Source: Arenivirga flava
GTDB taxonomy: Bacteria; Actinomycetota; Actinomycetes; Actinomycetales; Microbacteriaceae
Direction of reading: 5' to 3'
DNA length: 64,000 bases
NCBI RefSeq assembly: GCF_030161575.1
Contig: NZ_BSUL01000001.1
Location: 1,591,809 to 1,655,808 of the forward strand
Shown: positions 38,272-48,546 of the stretch, one piece after another
Numbering within the stretch: the first letter of the stretch is position 1
How the letters are laid out: the number at the start of each line of letters is the position of its first letter
Notes under the pieces: model-generated
Database searches by the model: none
Seen by the model: the letters and a program-made list of their open reading frames with translations, nothing else
What the model was told of the DNA's origin: nothing
Position numbers and translations under genes: made by a program

Positions 38272-39752
38272 CGTGCCTCCTCCGCGCTCGCTCGGAGCGC
38301 CTCCTCCGCTGCTGCGCGCGCCCCGTGGCGCGCGATGATCTCGACGAGCTCGGCGACGCGCTCCCGGAAGGGAGCGCGAGCCGCGAGCGATGCCGGCAGC
38401 ACACCGGCGTCGAGCGCGGCGAGCGCGTGCTCCCGGGCGGTGACCGCGCCCCGGGTCGCCGCCGCGAGCTGCTCGCGCGCCGGCTCGACCATCTCGGCGG
38501 CGACGGGGCCGGGTTCGAGGCCCGCGGGCGGGGCGACGCAGGCGATCCAGGCCGCGGTGGTGAGGGCGAGCAGGTGCGGCGTGCGCCCTGCGTCGAGGGT
38601 CTGCGCGGCCGGCTCGGGCACGCGCTGGAGCAGCTTGGTCGACCCGCCCGAGCCCACGCGTGCGGTGAGGTCGCGCAGCGGGGCGTTCGACCAGCGGGCG
38701 ATGAGGGAGGCGACGTAGTCCTCGACGTCGAGGCCCTCGGGCAGGGTGATCGTGGGCAGGTAGTCGCGTCGGATGAGCTCGAGCACGGCATCGCGCACCC
38801 ACGGCTGGGCGAACGACTCGACGATCGTCGGCGCACCGGAGAGCCCGCCGAGGTAGGCGATGAGCGAGTGCGATCCGTTGAGCAGCCGCAGCTTCACGAG
38901 CTCGTAGGCCTCGACCTCGTCGCTCATGGTCGCGCCCGCGGCGTGCCAGGCGGGGCGACCGGCCGCGAAGCGGTCCTCCAGCACCCACATCGAGAAGGCC
39001 TCGGCGGGCACCGGCGCGGCGTCGTGCACGCCGAGCAGGCGCTCGACGTCGGCGACCGTCTGCGGCGTCGTCGCGGGCACGATGCGGTCGACCATCGCGT
39101 TCGGGAAGGCGACGTGGCGGGCGACGTAGCGCAGCGCATCCGCATCCGCTCCGCTCGCCTGCAGGAAGTCGGTGACCGCGCGCTCCGTGGTGCGGCCGGA
39201 GGACTGCAGGTTGTCGCAGGAGAGCACGGTGATGGGCGCGCCGGACGCCGAGCGCTCCACGAGGCCGCGCGCGATGAGCCCGATCGCCGTGCGCGGCTCG
39301 TGCGGCGCGGCGAGGTCGGCGCGGATGCCCGGGTCGTCGAGGTCGAGGCCGCCGCCGACCGCCAGGCTGTAGCCGACCTCGGAGACGGTGAGGCTGAGGA
39401 TGCGGTGCTCCGGCCGGGTGAGCGAGCGGATGAACGCCCGCGGCTCCTGCGCCAGCACCCCCGTCGCGCGGTGCACGTCGACGACCCCCGCGCTCGTGCC
39501 CTCCTGCGAGAGCTGCAGCACGGCGTAGCGGTGGTCCTGCGCCTGCAGCGCCTCGACGACGCGCGCCGACCGGTTGGCGAAGCCGTGGATGCCCCACTCG
39601 CCCTGCTCGACCGCGAGGGCTCGCGCGGTGTGCACCGCGAGGTGGGCGCGGTGGAAGCTGCCCAGGCCGAGGTGGACGATGCCGGTGCCGTCGGGCGCCG
39701 ATGCGCCGATGAGGGTGCCTGCCGGGGTGGTCCCGGCGGTGAGTCGCTCCAT
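38268..39752 (-). CDS. mannitol dehydrogenase family oxidoreductase (fructuronate reductase / D-mannonate oxidoreductase UxuB-like)
   Basis: …IVHLGLGSFHRAHLAV…TVLSCDNL…VAFPNAMVDRIVP… signatures of the long-chain mannitol DH family. ATG (MERLTAG) at 39752. Confidence 0.8.
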   Translation of the reverse strand: MERLTAGTTPAGTLIGASAPDGTGIVHLGLGSFHRAHLAVHTARALAVEQGEWGIHGFANRSARVVEALQAQDHRYAVLQLSQEGTSAGVVDVHRATGVLAQEPRAFIRSLTRPEHRILSLTVSEVGYSLAVGGGLDLDDPGIRADLAAPHEPRTAIGLIARGLVERSASGAPITVLSCDNLQSSGRTTERAVTDFLQASGADADALRYVARHVAFPNAMVDRIVPATTPQTVADVERLLGVHDAAPVPAEAFSMWVLEDRFAAGRPAWHAAGATMSDEVEAYELVKLRLLNGSHSLIAYLGGLSGAPTIVESFAQPWVRDAVLELIRRDYLPTITLPEGLDVEDYVASLIARWSNAPLRDLTARVGSGGSTKLLQRVPEPAAQTLDAGRTPHLLALTTAAWIACVAPPAGLEPGPVAAEMVEPAREQLAAATRGAVTAREHALAALDAGVLPASLAARAPFRERVAELVEIIARHGARAAAEEALRASAEEAR

Positions 39753-39882
39753 TGCCGCTCCTGATCGGGTGCGCGGTCCGCGCGCCGTCGTCGCTGTTCG
39801 ACACCGTGTCATCACGGTTGCGTTCCGCATCGCGCAACGCTAGTGTCGCTATGCGGACCACGGTAGCACGGCGCTGCCGCCG

Positions 39883-40670
39883 ATGCCACGAGAGGGGACG
39901 TCGCCGATGACGATCGAGCACTCCGGGGCCTCCCCCGTCGGCAGCGTCGACAAGGCGCTGCACGTGATCGAGCTGCTCGCCGAGGCGGGCTCCGACGGCG
40001 TCACGCTCGCTGCCCTGGCCACGGCCTCCGGCTACACCAAGACGTCGGTGCACCGCGCGCTGCAGGCGCTGCGGCACCGCGGCTTCGCCGAGCAGGCCGG
40101 CGACCAGCGCTACCGGCTCGGCTCCCGCCCGGGCGCGCTCGTCGAGCGCTTCCAGCGCGGGCAGAACCTGCCCGCCCTCTTCCGCACGGCGCTGCTCAGG
40201 ATCTGCGAGCGCACGGAGGAGCTCGTGCACCTCGGCGTGCTCGACGGACGGTCGGTGCTCTACCTCGACAAGGTCGAGCCGGATCGCGCGATGCGCGTGT
40301 GGTCGCGGATCGGCCGGCACGCCCCGGTCGCGACGACCGCGCTCGGCCGGGCGATCATGGCCGCCGAGCGGGTGCAGGACGAGGGCCTCGACGCCTACCT
40401 CGGCGACGCACCGGACGAGGAGCTGCCGCGCTTCCGCGCAGCCGTCGGCGACGCCCGGCGCCTCGGCTGGGCCATCGAGCGCGAGGAGAACGAGGCCGGC
40501 ATCTGCTGCGTGGGCGTCGCGCTCGTGCGCCCGCAGGGCCGCCGGTGGCGGTCAGCGTCACCGGCCCGACCTCGCGCATCGACGTGGCGCGGCAGGCTCG
40601 GTTCGGCGAGCTGCTCGTCGAGGAGCTCGAGCGCTCGGCGCCGCAGGGCTTCACGGTCGCGCGCCCCTGA
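39883..40670 (+). CDS. IclR family transcriptional regulator, disrupted by a 1-nt deletion near 40542 (CC where CCC is expected)
   Basis: N-terminal wHTH (VDKALHVIELLAEAGSDGVTLAALATASGYTKTSVHRALQAL) and an IclR effector domain. The conserved C-terminal …PVAVSVTGPTSRIDVARQARFGELLVEEL… is in the -1 frame after …ICCVGVALVRPQGR. Confidence 0.75.
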
Positions 40671-40682
40671 TCGGGCGGGCGG

Positions 40683-42554
40683 TCAGCGCAGCGCGCCGAG
40701 CGCGTCCGCGAGCGCCTCGGGATCGGTCGTCGGCAGGGCGCAGACGAGGTCGCGGCAGAGGTAGGCGGTGGCACGGCCGTCCTGCGCCGGCCGGTGCTCG
40801 AGCAGTGCGAGGCCCGCCTCCGCCAGGGCGCGCATCCGACCCTCCGGTTGCACGACGACGACGACGCCGGCGCGGTGCCACGCGCGCCCCAGTCCGGCCA
40901 TCGCCGCCGGCGCGGTGGCCGCATCCGCCTCGGTGACGACCAGCTGCAGGCTCGGCTCGGCGAGGCGCGCCGCGACCGCGAGCATGGCGCCGGAGGCGAG
41001 CGGACGCTGCAGCGCCGCCTGGCCGAAGCACGCCACCACGGCCTCCGCCGCGGCGCGGTACTCGGCGCGGCCGGTGAGCTGGTGGGCGAGCAGCGCGGCA
41101 TCGGCGATCGCGCTGAGCCCGGACGGGTAGGCGCCCTCCGAGGGATCGGCCGGCAGGGCGACGCCGGCGGCGGCGAGCACCGGGTCGGCACCGCCCGGCG
41201 CGACCGGCAGGCCGCCGGGCACCAGGCAGGCGTCGAGCAGCCGCAGCGCCGCACGCGCGTAGCGCGGCTCGCCGACCGCGGTCGCCAGGCGCAGCAGTCC
41301 GGTGGCCAGCAGCCCGTGGTCCTCGAGGGTCGCGACCGCGTCCGACGGCTCGCCGTCGAGGCTCGCCCGCACCAGGCGTCCGTCCGGCAGCACGTGCAGC
41401 TCGAGCAGGTGGTCGGCGGCCTGCCGGGCGGCGACGAGCCATCCCGGCCGCTGCCAGAGCGAGCCCGCCTGCGCCAGCGCGGCGATCGCCAGCCCGTTCC
41501 AGCCGGCGAGCACCTTGCCGTCGACCGCCGGCTGCGGCTGGGTCGCCCGGGCCGCGGCGTCGAGCGCGTAGTAGCCGCCCTCGCTGCGCACGCCGTCGAC
41601 CGGGCTCTCGCTGTCCTGCGCGCTGCCGAAGCCGCCGTCCGGCCGCTGCAGCGAGCGGATGAGGAACTCGGCGACGCCCAGCGCCAGCGGCATCACCGCG
41701 GCGCCGTTGAGCTGCCCGACCGCGGCGAACGCCTGCAGCAGCAGGGCGTTGTCGGTGAGCATCCGCTCGTAGTGCGGCTCGCCCCAGTCGCGCTGCGTCG
41801 CGTACCGGAAGAAGCCGCCCTCGACCGGGTCGCGCAGCGGGGAGTCGGCCATGGCGAGCAGGCCGCGCTCGGCCAGGGCGAGCGCCTCGGCGTCGCCGGT
41901 CGAGCCGCGCTCGAGCAGGAACTGCAGCGCGGGCACGGAGGGGAACTTCGGCGCCGTGCCGAAGCCGCCGAACTCGCGGTCCTCCTGCGCGGCGAGGTCG
42001 CGCACGGCGACGGTCAGCTGCTCGCGGGTCGGCAGCGGCGAGGGCTCCGGCGCGGCGGAAGCGGCGAGCGCCCCCGCGATGCCGGCGGCGTTGGCGCGCA
42101 CCTCGTCCCTCCGCTCGGTCCACGCGTCGTGGACCGCCTCGAGCACCTGTCGGAACGACGGATGCGAGCCCACCGGCTGCGGCGGCGAATAGGTGCCCGC
42201 GTAGAACGGACGGCCGTCCGGCGTCGCGAAGGCGTTGAGCGGCCAGCCGAGGTGATCGGTGAAGGCCCCGGCCGCGGCGAGGTAGCTCGCGTCGACGTCG
42301 GGGTGCTCCTCGCGGTCGACCTTGACGGCGACGAAGCGCGCGTTGAGGTACTCGGCGAGCGCCGGGTCGGCGAAGCTCTCGCGAGCCATGACGTGGCACC
42401 AGTGGCAGGTGGCGTAGCCGATCGAGACGAGCACCGGCAGGTCGCGGCGGGCCGCCTCGGCGAAGGCCTCCGCGCCCCACGGCCACCAGTCGACGGGCTG
42501 GTCGGCGTGGGCCCGCAGGTACGGGCTCACGGAGTCGCTGAGGCGGGAGGGCAT
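40683..42554 (-). CDS. thioredoxin domain-containing protein (DUF255/YyaL-like; N-terminal thioredoxin fold plus six-hairpin glycosidase-like domain)
   Basis: [49 protein letters not shown]… is the hallmark N-terminus. 623 aa. Confidence 0.8.
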   Translation of the reverse strand: MPSRLSDSVSPYLRAHADQPVDWWPWGAEAFAEAARRDLPVLVSIGYATCHWCHVMARESFADPALAEYLNARFVAVKVDREEHPDVDASYLAAAGAFTDHLGWPLNAFATPDGRPFYAGTYSPPQPVGSHPSFRQVLEAVHDAWTERRDEVRANAAGIAGALAASAAPEPSPLPTREQLTVAVRDLAAQEDREFGGFGTAPKFPSVPALQFLLERGSTGDAEALALAERGLLAMADSPLRDPVEGGFFRYATQRDWGEPHYERMLTDNALLLQAFAAVGQLNGAAVMPLALGVAEFLIRSLQRPDGGFGSAQDSESPVDGVRSEGGYYALDAAARATQPQPAVDGKVLAGWNGLAIAALAQAGSLWQRPGWLVAARQAADHLLELHVLPDGRLVRASLDGEPSDAVATLEDHGLLATGLLRLATAVGEPRYARAALRLLDACLVPGGLPVAPGGADPVLAAAGVALPADPSEGAYPSGLSAIADAALLAHQLTGRAEYRAAAEAVVACFGQAALQRPLASGAMLAVAARLAEPSLQLVVTEADAATAPAAMAGLGRAWHRAGVVVVVQPEGRMRALAEAGLALLEHRPAQDGRATAYLCRDLVCALPTTDPEALADALGALR

Positions 42555-42651
42555 CCCTCCACTCTCCCACGTGCGCCGCGCGTCGGCGACGGGGGAGCAT
42601 CCAGGGCGACCTCCGACCGGCCGTCCAGGCCGTTCGCCCTACGCTCCTGGG

Positions 42652-43494
42652 GTGGACATCGACCGCCCTCCCCGAGATCTCGTGCGCGCCGCGGCGCCCG
42701 TCGCCGTCGACCCGCAGGTGGTGGGCGAGATCACCCGGCTGCGCGACGAGTTCACGGCGTTCATGCTCGAGTACAAGTTCGGCATTGACGAGATCCTCAC
42801 CAAGGTGGGCATCCTGCGGGAGGAGTTCGGGCTGCGGCACGACTACAACCCGATCGAGCACGTGGGATCGCGCCTGAAGAGCCCCGAGAGCATCATCGCG
42901 AAGGTGCAGCGCAAGGGCGTCGAGCCCACCTTCGAGGGCATCCGCGCGGCGATCCACGACATCGCCGGCGTGCGGATCACCTGCAGCTTCGTCTCGGACA
43001 CCTACCGCGTCTTCGAGCTGCTGACCCAGCAGAGCGACATCACCGTGGTCTCGGTGAAGGACTACATCGCCGAGCCCAAGGAGAACGGCTACAAGAGCCT
43101 GCACGTGGTGCTGTCGGTGCCGGTGTTCCTGTCGAAGGGTCCCGTGCAGGTGCTGGTCGAGGTGCAGATCCGCACCATCGCCATGGACTTCTGGGCCAGC
43201 CTCGAGCACAAGATCTACTACAAGTACGACAGGCAGGTGCCCCAGGCGCTGCTCGACGACCTCACCGAGGCCGCGCTGACCGCGAGCCGGCTCGACGCCA
43301 CGATGGAGCGGCTGCATCAGGAGGTGCGGCAGCTCGACGAACCCGCCGCCGCGCCCTCCGCCGACGGTAGCCTGGTGCCCGACGACGCTGCGATCTGGCA
43401 GTTCCAGGCGGTGCGTCAGCACCTGAGCGGACGGATGCGGGCGGATGCGGCGGTCGATGCCGAGGGCGGGCCGCCGCGGCGGAGCCACGTGTGA
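42652..43494 (+). CDS. GTP pyrophosphokinase family small alarmone synthetase (RelQ/RelP-like)
   Basis: …YNPIEHVGSRLKSPESIIAKVQRKG…HDIAGVRITCSFVSD…YKSLHVV…VEVQIRTIAMDFWASLEHKIYYKY… aligns along its length with B. subtilis RelQ/YwaC as I remember it. The start is uncertain (GTG 42652 assumed; the ORF opens at 42571). Confidence 0.8.
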   Translation: MDIDRPPRDLVRAAAPVAVDPQVVGEITRLRDEFTAFMLEYKFGIDEILTKVGILREEFGLRHDYNPIEHVGSRLKSPESIIAKVQRKGVEPTFEGIRAAIHDIAGVRITCSFVSDTYRVFELLTQQSDITVVSVKDYIAEPKENGYKSLHVVLSVPVFLSKGPVQVLVEVQIRTIAMDFWASLEHKIYYKYDRQVPQALLDDLTEAALTASRLDATMERLHQEVRQLDEPAAAPSADGSLVPDDAAIWQFQAVRQHLSGRMRADAAVDAEGGPPRRSHV

Positions 43495-43653
43495 CCCCGG
43501 CGTCCCCCGCTCCGCAGCGACCGCGCACCGGCGCCCTTCGGGTGTAGCGTCGCAGCACCACCCCGAGGAGACCCGACTCCATGACGCCGACGTCCGCGCT
43601 TCCGCACCGAGAGCGCTCCCCCATCCGCAGCCGGCGAGACGGCTGAGCCGGCC

Positions 43654-44277
43654 GTGCCCATCCGCATCGAGACCGCGACCCGTCGCGACCTGCACGAGGT
43701 GGCCGCGCTGCTCGCGACCGCCATGGAGACCGATCCGGTCTTCCTCGACGTCGTCCCGCCACGTCAGGGACGCGCCGAGGCGCTGCGCGGCTTCTTCGAA
43801 GCCTACGTGCTCACGTACACCGGGTCGGAGCGCACGATCGATGTCGCCCGCCGCGACGACGGCACGGTCATCGGGGCCGCCACCTGGGCGGTGAACCGGG
43901 TCGGCCGCGACAGCCGCTTCGGCGAGCAGCTCGCCCTCGCGCCCCGCTACCTCCGCGCGCTCGGTCCGCTCGGAGTGATCCCCCCGTACCGAGTGCAGAA
44001 GGTGCTCGAGCGGCACCGCCCGCTCGACACGCACTGGTTCCTGTCAGCGGTCGGCGTGCTCGGCGCGAACCGCGACGCCGGCGTGGGCACGGCCCTCGTG
44101 CAGTCGCGGTTGGATGCGATCGACGACGCGCAGGAGGACGCCTACGTCGAGTCGTCGACCGTGCACGACCGGCGGTTCTTCGAGCGGCTCGGCTTCGTGC
44201 CGGGGGCCCTCATCCAGGGCCTCGACCATGCGCGACCCGTCGGCATGTTCCGGCCGCCGGCCCGCCGGCGGCGCTGA
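43654..44277 (+). CDS. GNAT family N-acetyltransferase (paralog 1)
   Basis: 207 aa. Acetyl-CoA site (…ANRDAGVGTALV…). C-terminal …MFRPPARRRR. Confidence 0.65.
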   Translation: MPIRIETATRRDLHEVAALLATAMETDPVFLDVVPPRQGRAEALRGFFEAYVLTYTGSERTIDVARRDDGTVIGAATWAVNRVGRDSRFGEQLALAPRYLRALGPLGVIPPYRVQKVLERHRPLDTHWFLSAVGVLGANRDAGVGTALVQSRLDAIDDAQEDAYVESSTVHDRRFFERLGFVPGALIQGLDHARPVGMFRPPARRRR

Positions 44278-44348
44278 GCCGCTCGGCGGCACCTTCCGGT
44301 CGCCGCGTTCCGCTACGGTGTCCCCACCCGATCCCCCGGAGGAACCCC

Positions 44349-45017
44349 ATGACCGATGCCGCCGAGCGACCGGACCTGCGTCGCGCGCCGCTGAGCGTGC
44401 GCATCGAGACGGCCTCGCGCGAGGACTTCGAGGAGATCGCCGCGGTGCTGGCCGTGGCCTTCGCCGACGATCCGGTGCATCGCGACATGATCGGCCCGCA
44501 CCCGCACCGCGACCGTCGGCTCTGGCGCTACTTCGACACCCTCCTGCGGGCGACCGCGAACGACCGGCTCGAGGTCACGGTGGCCCGCGGCCACGAGGGC
44601 AGGATCCTCGGCGTCAGCGTGTGGCAGTACATGCCGGTCGGGCACGAGGGCGAGATGCCCGCCCTGCTGCCCTACCTCTCCGGGCTCGTGCGCGCGCTCG
44701 GCGCGGGGAACGCGCTGCGCGCCCTCCGCGTGCAGCGCGCGCTGCAGCGGCACCGGCCCGTCGACGAGCACTGGTACCTGCCCTTCGTGGGCGTCCTGCC
44801 CGAGGCCCGCCGCGGTCGGGTCGCGTCGGCGCTGCTCGGCACCAAGCTCTCCCAGCTCGACGAGCAGGGCGTGCCGGGCTACCTGTACTCGCGCTCCGAC
44901 GCCGACCGCCGCTTCTTCCAGAACTTCGGCTTCGGCCACGGCGCGGTCGTCGGCGGCCTCCCCTCGGCCCGCCCCCTGGCGATGTTCCGCCCGCCGGCCC
45001 GCCGGCGCCGGAGCTGA
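44349..45017 (+). CDS. GNAT family N-acetyltransferase (paralog 2, tandem duplicate)
   Basis: 222 aa. Co-linear similarity to paralog 1, including the identical C-terminal MFRPPARRRR. Confidence 0.65.
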   Translation: MTDAAERPDLRRAPLSVRIETASREDFEEIAAVLAVAFADDPVHRDMIGPHPHRDRRLWRYFDTLLRATANDRLEVTVARGHEGRILGVSVWQYMPVGHEGEMPALLPYLSGLVRALGAGNALRALRVQRALQRHRPVDEHWYLPFVGVLPEARRGRVASALLGTKLSQLDEQGVPGYLYSRSDADRRFFQNFGFGHGAVVGGLPSARPLAMFRPPARRRRS

Positions 45018-45056
45018 ACGGCGCGGCCCGCCGGCGGAGGGACGAGCGCGGCCCGG

Positions 45057-46502
45057 CTACATGCCGATGAGCGTCTCCACCGGTCCGCGGGCGAAGTAGA
45101 GCACGAAGCCCGCCGCCACGACCCAGAGCAGCGGCTTGACCTCGCGGGCCTTGCCCGAGAGCGCGCGCAGCACGACCCACGACACGAAGCCCGCGCCGAT
45201 GCCGTTCGCGATCGAGTAGGTCAGCGGCATGACGATGACGGTGAGGAAGACCGGCAGCGACACCGAGAAGTCGCTCCAGTCGACGTCGCGGATCTGCGCG
45301 ATCATCATCGCGCCGACCACGACCAGCGCGGCGGACGCGACCTCGGAGGGCACCATCTGGGTCAGCGGCGTGAAGAACAGCGCGACGAGGAAGAGCGCGC
45401 CGGTCACGAGGTTCGCCAGGCCGGTGCGGGCCCCCTCGCCGACGCCGGCGCCCGACTCGACGAACACGGTGTTCGAGCTCGCGCTCGCGGCACCGCCGGC
45501 GACGGCGCCGATGCCCTCGACCACGAGGGCCGAGCGCAGCCGCGGGAACTCGCCCTTCGCATCCGCCAGCCCCGCCTCCTTCGACAGGCCGGTGAAGGTG
45601 CCCATCGCGTCGAAGAAGTTCGTGAAGACGAGGGTGAAGACGAGCATGAGCGCGGCGAGGGCGCCGATGCGCTCGAAGGAGCCGAAGGAGACCTGACCGA
45701 GCAGCGACAGGTCGGGCAGGCTGACGACCTGGGTCGGCAGCACGGGCACGTTGAGGTTCCAGCCGGCCGCGTTCTCGCCGCCGTTCGAGGCACCGACCTG
45801 GAAGACCGCCTCGGCGACGATCGCGAGGATCGTGCTCGCGACGATGCCGATGAGCAGGGCGCCGCGCACCCTGCGGGCCACCAGCACGCCCGTGACGAGC
45901 AGGGCGATCACGAAGACCAGGGTCGGGACGGTCGCCACCGAGCCGTCGATGCCGAGGTCGACGGGCGGCGAGCCGAGCCCCGTCGCCCGCACGAAGCCGG
46001 CGTTGACCAGGCCGATGAAGGCGATGAACACGCCGATGCCGACCGAGATGGCCACCTTGAGCTGCTGCGGCACCGCGGTGAAGATGGCGCGGCGCAGGCC
46101 GGTGGCCGCGAGCAGCACGATGACGAGGCCGTTGATGAGCACGAGGCCCATCGCCTCGGCCCAGGTGACCTCGCCCACGACCGTGACGGCCAGGAACGAG
46201 TTGATGCCGAGACCCGCCGCGAAGGCGAACGGCAGGCGCGCCACGAGGCCGAACAGGATCGTCATGACGCCGGCGACGAGCGAGGTGACGGCGGCCAGCT
46301 GCGTGAAGCCGAGCTGGGTTCCCTCGATGTCGACACCGCCCGACAGGATGATCGGGTTGAGCACGACGATGTAGGCCATGGCCACGAAGGTGACCAGGCC
46401 GCCGCGCAGCTCGTTGCCGATCGAGGAGCCGCGCTCCGTGATCGAGAAGAAGCGGTCGAGTCGGGAGCGGATGGGGGTGCTGGCGGCCACGGGGGTCCTC
46501 AC
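45057..46502 (-). CDS. NCS2 family permease (AzgA-like adenine/guanine/hypoxanthine permease)
   Basis: …FSITERGSSIGNELRGGLVTFVAMAYIVVLNP… is the hallmark AzgA N-terminus. 481 aa polytopic. Confidence 0.85.
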   Translation of the reverse strand: MRTPVAASTPIRSRLDRFFSITERGSSIGNELRGGLVTFVAMAYIVVLNPIILSGGVDIEGTQLGFTQLAAVTSLVAGVMTILFGLVARLPFAFAAGLGINSFLAVTVVGEVTWAEAMGLVLINGLVIVLLAATGLRRAIFTAVPQQLKVAISVGIGVFIAFIGLVNAGFVRATGLGSPPVDLGIDGSVATVPTLVFVIALLVTGVLVARRVRGALLIGIVASTILAIVAEAVFQVGASNGGENAAGWNLNVPVLPTQVVSLPDLSLLGQVSFGSFERIGALAALMLVFTLVFTNFFDAMGTFTGLSKEAGLADAKGEFPRLRSALVVEGIGAVAGGAASASSNTVFVESGAGVGEGARTGLANLVTGALFLVALFFTPLTQMVPSEVASAALVVVGAMMIAQIRDVDWSDFSVSLPVFLTVIVMPLTYSIANGIGAGFVSWVVLRALSGKAREVKPLLWVVAAGFVLYFARGPVETLIGM

Positions 46503-46617
46503 GTGTTGCGGGGTGGAACCGGAACAGCTTAGGCGGATGCGGAGCCGGGGCGGCGATCCCGGTACGCTCGACCCGGCCCCATCCCTCCCCGCTCCCCCTC
46601 AGTGAGGAACCCGTAAG

Positions 46618-47892
46618 ATGCCCCTGCCCTGGACCCAGCACGCCGACGGCAAGACCGTCGCCCCCGGCGCGATCGTCGCCCCGAGCGAGCGCCTCAGCTG
46701 GCCCCGCACGATCGGCCTCGGCGCGCAGCACGTGGTCGCCATGTTCGGCGCGACCTTCCTCGTGCCAGCGCTCACCGGCTTCGAGCCCACGACGACCCTG
46801 CTCTTCTCGGGTGTCGGCACGATCCTCTTCCTGCTGATCACGAAGAACCGGCTGCCCAGCTACCTGGGCTCCTCGTTCGCCTTCATCGCGCCCATCCAGG
46901 CCGCCGTGGCGGAGCAGGGCACCGGCAGCGCGCTGTTCGGCATCGTCGTGGTGGGGCTCAGCCTCGCCCTCGTCGGGGCGGTGGTGCAGCTCACCGGCAC
47001 GGGCTGGATCGACGCGCTCATGCCGCCGGTCGTCGCCGGCGCCATCGTCGCGCTCATCGGCTTCAACCTCGCGCCGGCGGCGTTCGACAACTTCGCGAAG
47101 GCGCCCCTCACGGCCGTGATCACCCTCGCCGCCGTCGTGATCAGCGCGGTGCTGTTCAAGGGCATCCTGGGCCGTCTGTCCATCTTCATCGGCGTGATCG
47201 TCGGCTACGTCGCCGCGCTGATCCAGGGCGAGATCGACTTCACGAGGGTGTCCGAGGCCGCGCCGCTCGGCCTGCCGCCGCTGGCGTTCCCGACGAACCC
47301 CTTCGCGACGCCCGAGGTCTGGGCCGTTCTGCCCGCGTTCCTGCCCGTGGTGCTCGTGCTCGTCGCCGAGAACGTCGGCCACATCCGCGGCGTCGGCCAG
47401 ATGACCGACCCGGCCGTCAACAGGCTCACCGGCCGCGCGCTCATCGCCGACGGCGTCGCCACCGTCATCGCCGGCAGCGGCGGCGGCTCGGGCACCACCA
47501 CCTACGGCGAGAACATCGGCGTCATGGCCGCAACCCGCGTCTACTCGACCGCCGCCTACTGGGTGGCCGGCATCGTCGCGGTGCTGCTCTCGCTCTCCCC
47601 CGTCGTCGGCGAGGTCATCAACTCGATCCCCGCCGGCGTGCTCGGCGGCGTCACCACCGCGCTGTACGGCCTCATCGGCATCATCGGCATCAAGATCTGG
47701 ACCGACAACGGGGTCGATTTCGCCAAGCCCGTCAACCAGTTCACGGCGGGCACCGCGCTCATCGTGGGCGCCGGCAACTACATCTGGTCGTCGGGTTCGC
47801 TCACCTTCAACGGCATCGCCCTCGGCACGATCGCCGCCATCGGCGTGTACCACCTGATGCGCGGCATCGCGAAGGTGCGCGGCACCGACTGA
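46618..47892 (+). CDS. NCS2 family uracil/xanthine permease
   Basis: …LGAQHVVAMFGATFLVPALTGF… and …TTYGENIGVMAATRVYS… nucleobase-transporter signatures. Divergent from the other NCS2 gene. Confidence 0.85.
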   Translation: MPLPWTQHADGKTVAPGAIVAPSERLSWPRTIGLGAQHVVAMFGATFLVPALTGFEPTTTLLFSGVGTILFLLITKNRLPSYLGSSFAFIAPIQAAVAEQGTGSALFGIVVVGLSLALVGAVVQLTGTGWIDALMPPVVAGAIVALIGFNLAPAAFDNFAKAPLTAVITLAAVVISAVLFKGILGRLSIFIGVIVGYVAALIQGEIDFTRVSEAAPLGLPPLAFPTNPFATPEVWAVLPAFLPVVLVLVAENVGHIRGVGQMTDPAVNRLTGRALIADGVATVIAGSGGGSGTTTYGENIGVMAATRVYSTAAYWVAGIVAVLLSLSPVVGEVINSIPAGVLGGVTTALYGLIGIIGIKIWTDNGVDFAKPVNQFTAGTALIVGAGNYIWSSGSLTFNGIALGTIAAIGVYHLMRGIAKVRGTD

Positions 47893-47910
47893 ACCGGCCA
47901 CGGCACGACC

Positions 47911-47942
47911 GGATGCCCCGCTCCCGAGGGAGCGGGGCATCC
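47911..47942. terminator. Strong bidirectional hairpin (about 13-15-bp stem ggatgccccgctccc/gggagcggggcatcc) between convergent genes
   Basis: Direct reading. Perfect complementarity. Confidence 0.55.
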
Positions 47943-47988
47943 GTCGTTCAGGCGGTCCCGCTCGAGAACGGTGCTGGAGGTCCGTCGT

Positions 47989-48471
47989 TCAGGCGGTCTC
48001 GAAGCGGGCCTCGCCGCGCTCCGGCAGGGCCGAGCGCAGTCGCGCGAGCATCCCCTCGCTCATCGGCGGCAGCGCGTCGAGCGCGAAGAAGCGCGCCTCG
48101 GTGTTCTCGCCGTCGACCGGATGCGGTTCGCCCGACACCCAGCGGAACCGGAACACGAGGTCGAGGTACTGCGACTCGTCGCCGTTGCCGTAGGTCATCG
48201 GCGGCAGGGTGTTGACCCAGGCGAGCCGCTCGGCCTCGGCCACGACGCCGGCCTCCTCGAGCACCTCGCGCGCGGCGGCGACCGCCGGTTGCTCGCCCGG
48301 GTCGATGATGCCCGTCACCGGCGTCCAGGCGCCGTTGTCGCTGCGGCGCACCAGCAGCACCTCGGTGCCTCCGCCGCCCTCGCGCAGCACCACCGCGGTG
48401 ACGCCGCTGAGCCAGAGCAGCTCGGTGCCGATCCGCGAGCGCAGCGAGAGGATGAAGTCGGGGGTGGCCAT
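47989..48471 (-). CDS. NUDIX hydrolase
   Basis: Nudix box GIIDPGEQPAVAAAREVLEEAGV (GX5EX7REVXEEXGU). Confidence 0.8.
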   Translation of the reverse strand: MATPDFILSLRSRIGTELLWLSGVTAVVLREGGGGTEVLLVRRSDNGAWTPVTGIIDPGEQPAVAAAREVLEEAGVVAEAERLAWVNTLPPMTYGNGDESQYLDLVFRFRWVSGEPHPVDGENTEARFFALDALPPMSEGMLARLRSALPERGEARFETA

Positions 48472-48546
48472 GCCTCCACCGTACGGGCGCCGTCGAGCCC
48501 GCGGTTACACTCGGCTCACCCGAGAGACCCCACCGTGGAGGACGCC

